Shown here: positions 13,055 to 27,379 of the stretch, in pieces
Layout: every line of letters starts with the position of its first letter
Position numbering within the stretch: the first letter of the stretch is position 1
DNA from: Octopus sinensis
Lineage: Eukaryota
Assembly: GCF_006345805.1 (NCBI RefSeq)
Contig: NC_042998.1
Span: 200,818,001-200,882,000 of the forward strand
Direction of reading: 5' to 3'
Length of the DNA: 64,000 nt
Notes under the pieces: model-generated
Told to the model about the DNA's origin: nothing
Databases searched by the model: none
Seen by the model: only the letters and a program-made list of their open reading frames with translations
Made by a program: the position numbers and the translations under genes

Positions 13055-13109
13055 TATATATATATATATATTATATATATATATATGCACATATATTCTT
13101 CCATATAGC

Positions 13110-13186
13110 TAGATGAGTAGATAGGTAGATACATAGATAGATAGGCAGATCGATAGATAGATAGATACATACATACATAGACAAAC

Positions 13187-13255
<69 letters not shown>

Positions 13256-13699
13256 TGAATATTACACACTAATCATAAATCATATGGTGCACAGATTCGA
13301 AAACTCTCAGACAATACAAGGTTACAGACTTGTGAAAGGACGTAATCAAAAAAGTACTTAGATATGAAGAAAAAAACGCAAGTAAATATGATGATGAAGA
13401 TAGATTCGCCAATGTAAGAACCATAATAGAATTTAACGTCTTGGACGATACCTTTTATCTAAATGAAGAAAAAATGATGAAAGAAAAGATACTGGACATC
13501 ATTTATTTATACGGTTGTATGTAGACGTCTTATATTTCCCCCACTTTTCCTGCTTCTCTTAATTTTCTTTTCTTTATTGTTACACAAAGTCAGCGTAAAA
13601 GGCCACAAATCTCCTTACACACACACATACACACACACACACGTATGCATCCAGAGAGATAGATAGACAGATAGATAAATAGATAGATAGATAGATAGT

Positions 13700-13766
<67 letters not shown>

Positions 13767-13785
13767 TTAGATAGATAGATAGATA
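13110..13785. repeat. (GATA)n tetranucleotide microsatellites at about 13110-13255 and 13655-13785
   Basis: Directly visible. Confidence 0.9.
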
Positions 13786-14104
13786 AGTTTCTTTATTGGC
13801 CACACTAGGATGCACACATATGGGACAAGTTACAAGGTAGAGCTTTTCTTTTGGGGGATGAAAAAAAAAAGCAAAAGAAAAAAAAAGGTGGCGTAGGTTT
13901 TCGATCAAAAGGGATCGTAAAAGGGAAAAAAGAACAAAAAAAATTAAAATAAACAAAAAGGAAAAGGAACAAAAGAAAAGAGAAATGAAAGTGAAAAAAA
14001 AAGATAGATAGATAGATAGATAGTTAGACAGATAGACAGGTAGAGAGATAGAAAGATAAATAGATAGATAGATAGATACATACATACATACATACATACA
14101 TACC

Positions 14105-15550
14105 TGAAATAATGATTTGGGATAGAGAAGAGAAACTGTGCAGAGTTGTGGAAATTAGCTGCCCAACTGATGTTGACATAAAGGTGAAAGTCAGTGAAAA
14201 AGAGAAGACCTACGCTGAACTATTGAGAAATCTGCAATTACGTTTTCAGGTTTATACCTGTAAGTACTTGGACCCCGGGATATGTTTCGTCCCGAAGAGA
14301 ATAACCGAGAGAAGATACAATAAACCAAAAATTTAACTGCAACCATGCAGCAATATAGAGACGTGAGAAGAGGAGCATTAAGCATAACGGAAACCGCTTC
14401 ACGAGAAGACAAAAATTATTTCTGAAAGAAAATCTGGGGTGAAGAAATTTCTGAATTCTGAAATCTGGGGTGAAGAAACTTCTGAATTCTTTCTGAAGGA
14501 AAATCTGGGTGAAGGAATTTAACCAACATACTCAATGGCTAGAAGAAATCCATAAAAAACATTGCTCTTGCGTTACATCGAAATCATACTACATTGATGG
14601 GGAAACTCTTGCATCTATGATTCAGAAACTCCAGGATGGAAAAAGCACCTGGAAGAGACTTGATTGTAGGATGTTGGTACAAGAAGCTAACCTTCTGACC
14701 ACCGTATCTTATTAATCTGTACCAGCAAGCTTTCATTGGGAACAGTAGCATACCACACTGGTTAGCTCTGGCAGAGACAAAAATATTGATCCCCAAATGC
14801 AGAACCAGCCACATGGCAAAAAACCACCGGCCACTTGCAAGATAGAACTTAATGTCTAAGATATTTAAACCTATTCCTCCAGGAACATTGTGAAACCAAT
14901 AAGATTATCACAGCAGAACGAGCAGCTGGGACGATGTGAGTCTGAGTATGTGCCGAGCAATTCTTAAACAACAAAACTTTGTTGCCAGAGGTGAAAATAG
15001 TCAAAGCCATATCTGACCTGACTTCATCGTTGGCCACCATCTTGAGAGAGTGGCTGTATTATCACCGATAAAATACGGTATCGCAAAGGCATATTCCAAG
15101 GGGACACTGAACTATTGAGAAATCTGCAGTTATTCGGTCCAGATTATAAGTTCAGTTTTATACCTGTAATTATTGGGGCCCTGGGATGTATAATTCACTG
15201 CCTAAATACCACTCTTGAGAAATTAGGTTTCTCAAAACCAGAAAGGAGGAAACTAATTCGGAGACTGCAGATCCAATTCATCACAGTAACTGTAAAAAAT
15301 CTGTAAAACCTTCCAGAAGTTTATCACTTATATATATATGAACACGTCTAGATATGCAACTATATGCATGGGAGTACATACATAAAATATACAAATATGT
15401 ATGCACACATAAATACATACATACATACATACATACATACATACAAAAATACCCTGTTGTTGATGTTGAAATTCCAATGAAGGAGCTTTGGATCTAGTTT
15501 AGAAACCGGTTCTTTAACTATTGGCAGAAAATCTTGAAATAAACTGAATA
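14105..15550 (+). mobile_element. Rearranged RLE-type non-LTR retrotransposon relic
   Basis: IWDREEKLCRVVEISCP (RLE motif) at 14112; RT motifs WKAPGRDLIVGCWYKKL (about 14635), TKILIPK..NHRPLA (about 14780) and KIRYRKGIFQGD (about 15070), fused to ELLRNLQL..PDYKFSFIPVIIGALG (15110-15180). Confidence 0.85.
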
Positions 15551-15689
15551 TATACGTATGTAACTCTATGTAATTTCATAAACTCTGATAATAGTTTGTT
15601 GTTTTAATTTCCATGCTTTGGAGGCTTAAAATCATATCCACTGTTTCGATCGGCAGCCCGAGTCGTGGTTCTCTGATCACACTAACATT

Positions 15690-16100
15690 TTGATCTTGGC
15701 GAGCAGTACAGAGATAACCGAAACGCTGCTAAGGTCAATTCCAAGGTATCTTCTCCAACAATATCAACAAGCAATGATGAATGCGTTGACTAGTTTCACC
15801 AACTTAGCAATATTGTTCTCTCACACTGTGTTCAACGACGACGAACTAAATAACAGAAGCGCTACAATACACCGGAAATTTCATACACATCGCATGCTAG
15901 CTCCACGGCTTCCGAAGAAAGTGTTCTTTTCCAAACTCTATCATAGTAAACATTCTCACAATGATATGGATAACCGTTACAAAATCATACTGAATGCTTG
16001 AAGGATAGAATACCGTACATAAATGATGGAAGCCGATAGTTATAGACAGATGAGAATAGATGCGACACATATAACATCCAGAGTATTAGAAGTTCAATGA
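15690..16100 (+). mobile_element. Decayed RTE-clade LINE 3' fragment
   Basis: HRMLAPRLPKKVFFSKLYHSKHSHNDMDNRYKIILNA resembles the RTE C-terminus RLPKxLFYGELxxGKRSxGGxKKRFKDxLK. Confidence 0.5.
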
Positions 16101-16840
16101 CATGACCACAGGACAGCTAGAGTGAAGCAACTCATCGATTCTCCCAAACTATAAGCAACTACCAGTCCACATTGCTAAAAACGCCTCCGAACGAAAATTA
16201 AACCCCGCACTCACTGCACTGGCCACTCTCGATGAATAGATTGTCGTTGACAACAACATATTTTTGTCAACAACCTAAATAATATCCTTCGATTAAATTT
16301 ATGTTATACTGCATTAATTTTGACACTGATTATTTGAATTGCTGTCGTTTTATTTGGGTAGGTGATGAACAATTCAATTAATAAAATTATTTTACTGGTA
16401 GATGTTTTATTGATCTTGATATAAAAACGTCAAATGCATACGAACATCAGTTACACGTAGCTAATGCTTTTATGAGCCAAACAGTCAGAATCCTGTTTCC
16501 TACGACTACGTCTGATTACATCCGTGATGATTCATGTATGTCCCTATGGGATCTATTTATGACAATGATATATTCACAGTTTTCCTCACGTACAAGTGTG
16601 TCGCGTAGGGAAATAGAATGCAAACTGTAGTTACCTAAATTACTTCTATAGGTGTGTACCTCTGTATAAGTGTATTCACGAGGATACACATAACCAGACA
16701 CAAAAACATGTACACTCAAACACAATCAAAATGTACGTCTATATATATCTATATTTATTAAAAATGTATATACACGCATACATATATACATACATACATA
16801 TGCATACATACATACATACATACATATACATATGTGTGTA

Positions 16841-16879
<39 letters not shown>

Positions 16880-17299
16880 TATATGTGTGTGTGTGTGCAT
16901 ACAGATAGAAATAACTACATATGTGTGCATGTGTATTTATAAGTATATGCATATGCCAGTGTGCATGCATTTATATTCATGCATGTAGATATTTATCTGT
17001 GTCTATGCTAGTGAGTGTTTAAGCGTATGTATATATGTGCGAGTGCGTACTAACAGAACAGACTGACAAGACATGAATCATATAACTAGAGGTCGATTGT
17101 CAGAATAATTATTGATCTAGCCTGCTGTGAACTTTCTATATCAATACATATTATACACAGGTCGATGGAAAATACATTTGCAAATATTATTAGTCAGTTC
17201 ACACAAATAAAATATAAAATATGGATAAAAAACAGATGGCGCTCATTTTATATATTAGATAATATTAATACAGCAAACTTTCCTCGTATATGTGTACGC

Positions 17300-17369
<70 letters not shown>

Positions 17370-17580
17370 ATGTATATATGTATGTATACATATATATATA
17401 TATATGTGTCTGTGTGTATGTATATATATATCCATATCTATATCTATCTATGTAGCAATATATATATATATATATTATATATATATATGTATATATATAT
17501 GATATACATATATATACCTATATACGTATACATACATATATATGATATACTTATATATATATATATACATATATACGTAT

Positions 17581-17618
<38 letters not shown>

Positions 17619-17707
17619 TCACAAACATATTTCAACACGCATATGTATAGACACGCACACAAACATATACACAATCACACACACAGACACACACACACAT
17701 GCACACA

Positions 17708-17743
<36 letters not shown>

Positions 17744-18071
17744 TCTTGAAATACTTTTGTGAAATATTTATTCTCTAAAAACTAACATTTTGCCTGTTGT
17801 TAGGCATGAAGTAAATTCTGACGTTATGCAACATGTGGCAAAAGTCTTCAAACCATCTAAAGTCACCTCTGATATGCACATAAACTCATTTCTGGGCAGT
17901 TGCCCATCATAATTATCAGGTATTACACAAGAGGGGAATTATTGAGATTACTGTGTAATTTATTTAAAAGTTAGTAATAATTCGCAATGCTAAGTATTCG
18001 TAATACAAACTTCCATAGGTATATGTGTGTGTTCATATTTATTTGTATGTGCGTGTCTATATGTATATATA

Positions 18072-18117
<46 letters not shown>

Positions 18118-19141
18118 CATTTTTTGTATTCTTTGTATTACTTCTGTTTGTCATTTCCCCCTCGTTTACATTATTTGCATTTGACGGATATTAACACAAC
18201 CTTTCGGCTGATATGCCTTCCAGCCTGTATCAGGTGTAGACATTTTTCGATGTTATTATTATTATTGGTGCTGTTGTTGTTGTTGTTGTTGTTGTTGTTA
18301 TTATTATAATTATTATTATTATTGTGTGAGAGAGCTGTGCATGCATTCAAAGTGACACTGGGCTAAAATATACGTACCGCAGTATACACATCATGACTAC
18401 CTGTCTGATAAGGGTACGCCAGGCACATGCATCAGAACCATATGCGCGCGATATGGTGATGAAACCTCATGAATTTCACTTCAATCCCTACACTTTGTTA
18501 AACTTGCCTACAAATTTCTTAATTACTTTGGCAAAGTTTTGTGCTTTTAGTTATTTTTTTGACGGAATTACTGATAAAATTACGTTCATAATTTACTGAC
18601 AAAAATTTCATTTAATTTTGCAACGTTTTTCTGTTTTTCTGTTCTTAACAGCTTTTTTCTGCTTCCTTTGATATTGGCCCATTGCTTCAGTGACAAATTT
18701 CGCTTATCCCGTTCAATCCTTTATTTTTCGTAAAGAATTCTTATTGACATTCTGCCCGTCGTATTAAGAAATATAAGTTCCGTCAACCAGTTATTTTCAG
18801 TGCTCACTATCTTCTATTCCTCTGTATTTCTGTATACGTAAATAACCATGCCTAGCTGGAAAGTGTCAAATTTATTTCCAATGTCATGGCCAGCCAAAAG
18901 AATGTCTCCGACCAGGGAAATTGTGAAGCAAGGAAGTAGTAGCATGGATAGGCGCCTGCACTCTGCTGTAGTGGTGGAAAGGTTAAACACCCTGTAAACC
19001 CCCAACTTCCAGTCATCAACTGTCCATGTGAAATGAATTACTAAAATCGGCATTTCATTGTTTATAATTTGCACCTGTGTTTTTACTAAGAAATAAGCCA
19101 TACAAAACGTGTTTTTGAATTACGTGTATTTAATTGTTATA

Positions 19142-19241
<100 letters not shown>

Positions 19242-19419
19242 ATATAATATATATATATATATATACATGAATTGAAAACTTTCTTTTAACATTTTAATTA
19301 ACGTCTATATCTCATGCTATCATGAGTTGGAGAGTTATGAATGTAGGAAGTTGATATCTCAGCTACTAGTAGTTCAGACCTGCGTAATCTAGACACCATT
19401 TTAAAATGTCATTACTCTC

Positions 19420-19452
19420 TGTAACCCGGGTAATACCGGGCATTTCTGCTAG
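19420..19452 (+). mobile_element. Helitron-type 3' terminus of a different family; 5' end not identified
   Basis: Hairpin cccgg-gtaata-ccggg followed by catttctgCTAG|T. Confidence 0.55.
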
Positions 19453-19676
19453 TACTTTATATGAGTAAATGAAAAGAACAACTGACAGTTTAAATGTGAC
19501 AGAGAAAGATGTCCTGAACAAGGAAAATACTGGCAAAAGTCATTGCAAATTGGCAATTCCTTTGAAGTTCATACCTTCAAAAACTTTCAAATATTATGCT
19601 TGTTTACACCCACGCACAGACAAACGGAGACACACATACATACATATATACACACATAGCCACACACAGACACACG

Positions 19677-19723
<47 letters not shown>

Positions 19724-20362
19724 GTTTATATGTATATGTATGTGTGTGTATCTATGTTAACAGCAACACTATTTGATTGGTTACAAAAGAAACTTGTCGA
19801 TGAATTGGCAATTTGAAACGTTTTACACGTATTAACTATATGTTATTATTTTTTACATGTAACGCGTCTCTTATTTTCAATGATGCTAATTCATTAAGTA
19901 AAGGAAAGAGACAGAGTTAGCGAAAGTGAACATGAGAGGGTTATAGCTGCCACATGTTTCGTTTCTTATATTATTTTGAAAAAGCATATTTTTAATAGAA
20001 ATTTTGCAGTGAAAGATGTTCTATGGAGAGAATCGCGATTACATTGATATAATCGGGAAAATAATAATAGCGAATAGTCATTAGAAATATATAATTGAGT
20101 AATTTCTTTTATTTAGTATTTTTTTAAGGTAACAAACCTTTCTCTATTTGTATATGCATGGAGAAATTTAACAATACGTTAAATTACAATTATTATTCCT
20201 TTGTCTCAATCCCACGACAATAAATGTTTACTTCCAAAGACGCTCATTATAAAACTAGTAACACTGCCTTATTAAAAAAAAAAACAGATGTCTCTACCTC
20301 TGCTCTCTTGAATGGCGAGCGACATTGTTACGTTTAAAAATTATGGAAGGGCATGTCCCAAA

Positions 20363-20661
20363 TCTTTATATATAAAAGTGAAGTTGTGTGTCTGTCTCCT
20401 ACGATTTAGATTCCTAACTACTCCCACATTTTGCGTTGGAGTTTAACCAAAAGCGGGTATCTTATAGTCGTGATTCATATCGAGCCCTTCTGGGTATTAG
20501 CGCGCGTCTACGATGAATGTATGATATAACAGAAAATTTACCATCATTTTTTCCCATTTTTAATGCATTTTTTGGCTATTATATAAGGGAAGTAACTCTC
20601 TAAAAATGCTTATATGGTTATTTCCCTTACAAACCCGAGCAAGGCCGGGCGATGCTGCAAG
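20363..20661 (+). mobile_element. Non-autonomous Helitron, copy 2
   Basis: A|TCtttatatataaaagtg ... cccgagcaaggccgggcgatgctgCAAG|T; body nearly identical to copy 1. Confidence 0.8.
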
Positions 20662-22384
20662 TTTCAAATAATAAAGAAATCTGGAGAAAAACAATCACAG
20701 TGTATTGAAACAGTCTGTTATTTAGAGGTTCTCAAGTGTTGAACTGCCTACACAAGTAAATGAGAAATATAAAAAAAGGGATCTCATTTGGAGTATTGAA
20801 GTAAATATTGGACGAACTCCAAATTAGTATACCTGACCAGCCAGCTATTGACAAATACACTTAGGGAAGATCAAGTGCCAGCAAGTCAATTATATATACA
20901 TTTCCAGCTATACAATAAAGCTGAAAAACTTGGAAGGCGGTACCCCAGGATGGCCACACGCCATTGAGAGAAAACATAAAGTAATTCAGAAAAACAGATA
21001 TGTATAGATTTATGAACGTAGATACTTATATTTCTAAAAGCATATTACATGTTTGTGTTTGTAAAAAGTGCAATTATGTATGTGCATTTACGTGTATAGA
21101 TGCGTGTGTGTGGGGTATACATGTATATGTACGTAAACAAATACATGCATAGAAACACAGAGAAGTTATTTTCATTTAGTCTACTGCTTTCTCACAAATT
21201 GCTATTGCCATGCGATTGTTTTTAGTATCACATGTGTGCATGTGTGTGTGAGTGTGTGTGTGCGTTCGTGCATGTTTGTATGTTCGTATATATCGTTGTG
21301 CTTTTGACAACTTCGAAAGTCATCCATTTCATTGTATTATTGTAAAGTAAAACAGGTTTTCCCCGTAGCAAGTCTGAATTCGCTGCTCCATTTGCTAACC
21401 ACATGCTATTACATACAGAAATTCCATTAATCAGATTAAATATAAGGATTGATTCCACGGAGTCTGCAATAGTTTTTATTTCTAGCTCTTGAAATCGACA
21501 AAAGACCGGCCACATATGGCGTATGGCTTCTTCATGTGTTACATCTACATAGCAAAATTAGTTTGAAATTTCATCATTGTTATTGTATTAGCAGATTACC
21601 CGTCAAATATGACCTGTTTGATTAGCGTATACATTAACTAATTTAAAAGTTACATGAGTTAGAGTATGATAATAGCAGTAATAATGACATATATCGACAA
21701 TAGAGATAAGGGTAAATTGATTATAAAGTAAGATAATTAACAGAGAGGGGAATGTGTATACGCCTGTGCATGATTACATAGTAAAGTGAATTTTGTCACT
21801 CTGTGTTACCTAATTATTCTCCCACTCACTCTTCCCTTATCTATCCGTGCATCGCTCCACTTCTAATGTTTTTGAATAAATTAGTTTTACAAAGATACCT
21901 TTAGTCTCCAGACTTGAAAAAAAATTACTAGCTTGATAATGCATGCAAGCATTATTGAAACCAAACGGTAGGAGAATGTCAGAAATCTGCCACATAGAAA
22001 GCTGACTCTTCCTGAAAACCTCACTGGACGGCCACTACATGCTTAAATAACGAAAGCTAAGTACGAATGCTACAAGAGTACATTTCTGATTGTGTTCTCT
22101 CTCCGTAGGTTGCGAGGGACGTTATAAAAATTATTCCCTTTTACTCGCTAGATTTGAACTTCTATTGTATCAACATTCATTGTTCGCCTATGGTCATATA
22201 ATTATATTTATGTTTCACATGCTTTAATTCATTCAATTTCTTGTAGTTAGTTTTGGCCTAAAGTCGTGGTTAGTACATATAAATATGTGTACACATTTGT
22301 ATGCTAGTTATACATGCATGTGCATGTATGTATATACATATACATATGCATATACACATATGTATATCCATACATACATATTTA

Positions 22385-22481
<97 letters not shown>

Positions 22482-23184
22482 TATATATATATATAATAGA
22501 TAAATATAGACACACACACACGCATACACACATATATATATATCGTGTGTGTGTGTGCATATATACATACATGTGCGTTCAGCATAGATGCGGGTATAGA
22601 CATGCTTGTGTATATACGTTTCTCATATGTTTCATATTATACAATTTTATATTTCATATTACCTTAACATTCATTTATCTTCTTACGGTATCATCCAAAC
22701 TTCAATGAATATTTTCTTATGTGAATGTGTTTTATATTTTTTCAATTTTCTAATTGCACATATATAAAAATAATTCCTCGTTTTTACTTTTCTAACATAA
22801 AACTTTAAATTTTGAATTTTAATTTTAAAAAATTCCGTTCTTGTTTTTTTATTTTATTTGCAATATTTTATCTCAGTTTCTTATTTTCTATATTTAACTT
22901 TTTTATAACTTTTTTATTATGTACTTCATTTTTGATTTACATTTCATTTCTATTTATGTTTAATTTATCATTTCCTTTTTAGGTTTATATATTTATTAAT
23001 TTTTCGTTTTGCGATCTTTTTCAATACCTTATTATTTTTAAGTCTTAATATCAAGTTTTTAATGGCAGTGCTAACTTTTTAATGTTAACATTCAGTCATC
23101 TAAATTTTAAAGGTTTTCCGGAAAGTTTTATGTTTCCTTAATTTTTTTAATTCTAAAGATTTATAATACGACTCTGTTGCGCTT

Positions 23185-23330
23185 ACCTTCCCGTAACTAA
23201 GCGGTGTGGCAAAATAGAAAGATAGAATAAGTACTAGGCTTACAAAGAATAAGTCCTGGGGTCAATTTGTTCGACTAAAATCGGTGCTCGTAGTCAAATG
23301 ACTGAAACAATTAAGAAGAATAAAAGAATA
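23185..23330 (+). mobile_element. SINE 3' half
   Basis: cgtaactaagcgg..gatagaataagtactaggcttacaaagaataagtcctggggtc..aaatgactgaaac; reverse complement of the sequence at 31650-31800. Confidence 0.7.
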
Positions 23331-23409
23331 GGCATACGTATATGTATATACTTGTATCCGTGTATACATATTGAGAGAGAGAGAGAGATAGAGAGAGAGA
23401 TAGAGAGAC

Positions 23410-23450
<41 letters not shown>

Positions 23451-23631
23451 CAAAGTAATGGAAACACCTAGCATCATAGCATCATAATTTTTAAATATCT
23501 ACAAAAACCGTTAATAGCTTCTTTCTTTTTATGGTTTTTTTTATTTATTGCTAGTGTCGCTTAATATGTTTTGCTAAAATTGTTGTTTCTTTTCAGATAT
23601 CATCAAGAAAAAGTAATCAAAATTCATTGAA

Positions 23632-24110
23632 ATGAGAGATCTAGCTGACTTTCAAAGAGGTTAAATTGTTGATACTCATTTGGCAGGCGCTAGTGCAACG
23701 AAAACAGCCGAAATGTTTGGTGTATCCAATAAGTGCTGTCTCGGAAGTAATGACAGCCTTTGTAAAATGCATAAAAACCTCCTCGTCGAAATAAAACTCG
23801 GGAAGAAAACCAATATTTTGAGTTAGGGACCGTCGGACTCTTACGTTAATTGCTAGAAAGGATTACACGAGTACAACACCAAAAATTGCTCCAGAGCTTA
23901 ATAATGACTTCGTGAACCAACTTTCCACAGAACTGTTCATTGGGACCTTTGAAAGCCGGATTTCATGGGAGGGCTGCAATCAGAAAAAAACTCATTTCTA
24001 AATCAAACGTTGCAAAGCGTTTAGACTGGAGTAAAAACCAACAGAATTAGTCCTTAGAGCAGTGGAAGAATGTTCTTTTCTCGGATGAGTCATTCTTTCC
24101 GTTATTTCCG
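23632..24110 (+). pseudogene. Tc1-like transposase relic: N-terminal HTH region through the first catalytic Asp
   Basis: MRDLADFQRG*IV..GAS..KTAEMFGVS..SGRKP..RDRRTL..AGFHGRAAIRK..RLDW..EQWKNVLFSDES; contains stops and frameshifts; TIRs not found. Confidence 0.85.
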
Positions 24111-24705
24111 TAGACCTCTTATCTATTCTGCACTTACTCGGCCCCACCTTCAATAATGCTGCCGACTGTGGTCCACCTATAAAGCGATTCATTATGAAAG
24201 TAGAAGCAATCTAGTGGTCAATAACAAGAAAGAAAGACGGCATGAGAGACATTGATTATTGGTGTCGCCTAAAGAAACTCAGTCTCTACTCTCTGCAACG
24301 CCGCCGGGAGCGATAGATTACATTTATCAATATTGCAGAAATGATGTTGGCATCAGTTTTAAAATCCATGCAAAACTCTCCCCCTCCGTGCTATCCGTCC
24401 ACTACAAAAATCAAACTCGGTACACAAAGCTAAATTACGTTACAATTACTTTACCTCCCTCGGTCCAGCTCTCTTTAATACCATTCCAAAAGACGTCAAA
24501 ACGGAAACGGTTCTCATAAAATTCAAATGTTCACTGGACAAATTTCTTCACAAGATCACGGACCAACCTCCTACACCCAGATATGTCTCCTACATAGGGT
24601 GGGTCATGGTACGTCATATATAACTAAAACACTTTACCAGGTGGCGCTATTAAGTTAGATATGTCATGGGTCTATACTGGCCAAAATCTATCAAAGTCAT
24701 ATATA

Positions 24706-24801
<96 letters not shown>

Positions 24802-24827
24802 TATATATATGTATATGTATGTATATA

Positions 24828-24937
<110 letters not shown>

Positions 24938-25759
24938 CATATATATGGTACTAACAACGCATGATTGTGTGTCTGCCTCTACGTATGCATGTATGTATGT
25001 GTGTGCGTGGGTTTGTTATTCTCTTAATGATTTCAGACAGTTGTCGCCACGTGATGTTATTTACGAGCAATTTTTTCGATCGCACTCATCTATACTGATG
25101 ATCTCTTTACTACTTCGAAATTTACTGCTCCGTTTACCGACTGCATGCAATCAGGTATAGAAATTCTATTATTCAGATTAACGTAAGGATTGATTCCATC
25201 GGAGTTCGCAAAAGCTTTCCTTCAATATCGTAAAAGACTGGACAACAAACAGCGCGGCATCTGTCATATGGCTTCTGCATGCATCACATGTCCATGGGCT
25301 AATCATGTGGAACTTCTTGTGCATTATATATCCCATTATCTTTGCATTTCCCTATCGGAACTCCATGTTTATTTGGATACATTTCAGCGTGTCCCAGCTT
25401 GATCAGTTCATTAAATCGTAACACACGACATGTTGCCACAAAAAATGATTTCGCTTCTTTGGATCCTATTTTCAATTAATTCTTACATTACTTTCAATAT
25501 CCCCAAATTTATTTTCATGAATTTATATATATATATTTACGGAGATGTACTCGCATAGCAAGTAATTTGATCTGAGATCGTGTGCTGAAACGAAAACAAT
25601 TGCAGCGTGGAAGGTGTTTTGTAAGCCATTTAAGAAACACGCAAAAGCCGTTCGATTCACTTTAACATTTAAGTTTAATTTGTCAAAATATTTTCGTCGC
25701 TAAAATCCGTGACCTGTTCACTGACAAAAATCCGTGCTGCATATATATATTTGTTTTAT

Positions 25760-25986
25760 CTATTAATTGTTGCAGTCATTAATTTGCAGTCATGCCGGGG
25801 CTCTGCTTTGAATTTTTAATTAAATAATTAAATGAATCGACTCCAGTACTAATCATTTTAAGCATGGTAATTATTCCACAGGTCTCTTTGCCGAACTACT
25901 AATTTACGGGTGCGTAAACAACACCCCAACACCGGTTGTCAAGCGTTGATAGGAGGAACAAACAGACAAAAAACAAAACAGATACT

Positions 25987-26043
<57 letters not shown>

Positions 26044-26045
26044 TA

Positions 26046-26078
<33 letters not shown>

Positions 26079-26240
26079 CACTATGGGCGTCTTTCAGTTT
26101 CCGTCCACCAATTCCACTCACAAGGCTTTCCTCGACTCGAGGCTATAGAAAACACTTGCGCAATGTACCACGCAGTGGGACTGAACCCGGTAACATATGG
26201 TTGAAAAGCAAGCTTATTACCACATCACCATGCCTGCCCC
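25760..26240 (-). mobile_element. Near full-length tRNA-derived SINE with an internal (TA)n microsatellite
   Basis: Head ggggcaggcatgg..gggttcagtccc at 26240-26160, body to 26083, (TA)n at 25990-26078, 3' half (ttgacaaccggtgttgg..agcagagccccggcatgactgc) to about 25760. Confidence 0.75.
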
Positions 26241-26977
26241 TGTGATATAACAAAGTAAAATTGGGGTTACACCTACATTGTGTCCTGGGTCCATCAGCCA
26301 CCCAAAGTTTTGTTATAACTGAAAGCGTACCCTGCATGGCAGTATCATTTAAGGGATATATCATTAGCATTTATCATTTTTGGATAAAAGAAAGAATTTA
26401 TACTGAAGAATTGCAACTCTGTTTATAACAGCATAATACCAGCCAGATGCTAGACTCTTTAAATTGTCTGTTACATATTTTATCGCCTTATCAAAGACTA
26501 TTGCTTGATAGGGATATATTCATTTAAAACATTCAACTTCCTATCATTACAAAATTATGTTGTTACCTGATTTTAATGTTTTTTTTTATATAAAGTATCT
26601 CTTGACTCATCAGAGAGTATGCATATATTTCATGTCCTTGTCAAACACTCAATTACTTGATCGGGATCTATTCGTGTAACATAATTTCTCCTTCATATCA
26701 TAGTGCAAGCATTTTTATTCCCTGATCTGAATGTTTCTATGTAATCTATGTTTTGACTGAACACAGAGGACACATAATGCCTCAGAACTATTCTTATCAT
26801 TGGCAAAGACTATATCACTTGAATTGAATACACTTTTGTAAACTACTTTTCGACGCAACAGAAGGTACACAAGGCCTCACACATTTTACTTTTGAAATTC
26901 TTCTCAAATAGGTGAAACTGTCTAAGTTAATGGAATACTTTTAAAAGACTACCGCATTTTCAGCTTCTTTCCATTAT

Positions 26978-27034
<57 letters not shown>

Positions 27035-27107
27035 TTATATATATATATTATTGGTGAATTGAAGAAATGGAGCTGAACGCAGATTGAACAGAAATCGTTT
27101 TATTTCA

Positions 27108-27187
27108 TTCTACACGTGTTTCGAAAGGCACAAATTACCAAAATCCGATTGAATAATGGGACCATATTGTGTCTTTCTCTTCAGGAA
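27108..27187 (-). ncRNA. Mirror-image hammerhead ribozyme on the minus strand
   Basis: Reverse complement of 27300-27379. Confidence 0.75.
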
Positions 27188-27299
27188 GAAAAAAGGAAAT
27201 CCGTTGGAAAAACAAAAACAGAACAGAGGCGGAGCAAAAAACAAATCGAACTGTGCTCCTAAGAGCCCATGGCGTTTTTCCAACGGATTTCCTTTTTTC

Positions 27300-27379
27300 T
27301 TCCTGAAGAGAAAGACACAATATGGTCCCATTATTCAATCGGATTTTGGTAATTTGTGCCTTTCGAAACACGTGTAGAA
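27300..27379 (+). ncRNA. Type I hammerhead ribozyme with palindromic stem III
   Basis: ttc-CTGAAGA-gaaagacacaa...ttgtgcctttc-GAAAC-acgt-GTA-gaa; stem III ACACGTGT is self-complementary. Confidence 0.75.

Noticed and set aside
15472-15515. CCAATGA...GAAACCGGTT half-hammerhead in the LINE tail
   Set aside because: The core has two mismatches and stem II is poor; it cannot be supported from one copy.
25092-25130. CTGATGA...GAAA motif
   Set aside because: No stem II or stem III pairing and no NUH triplet.
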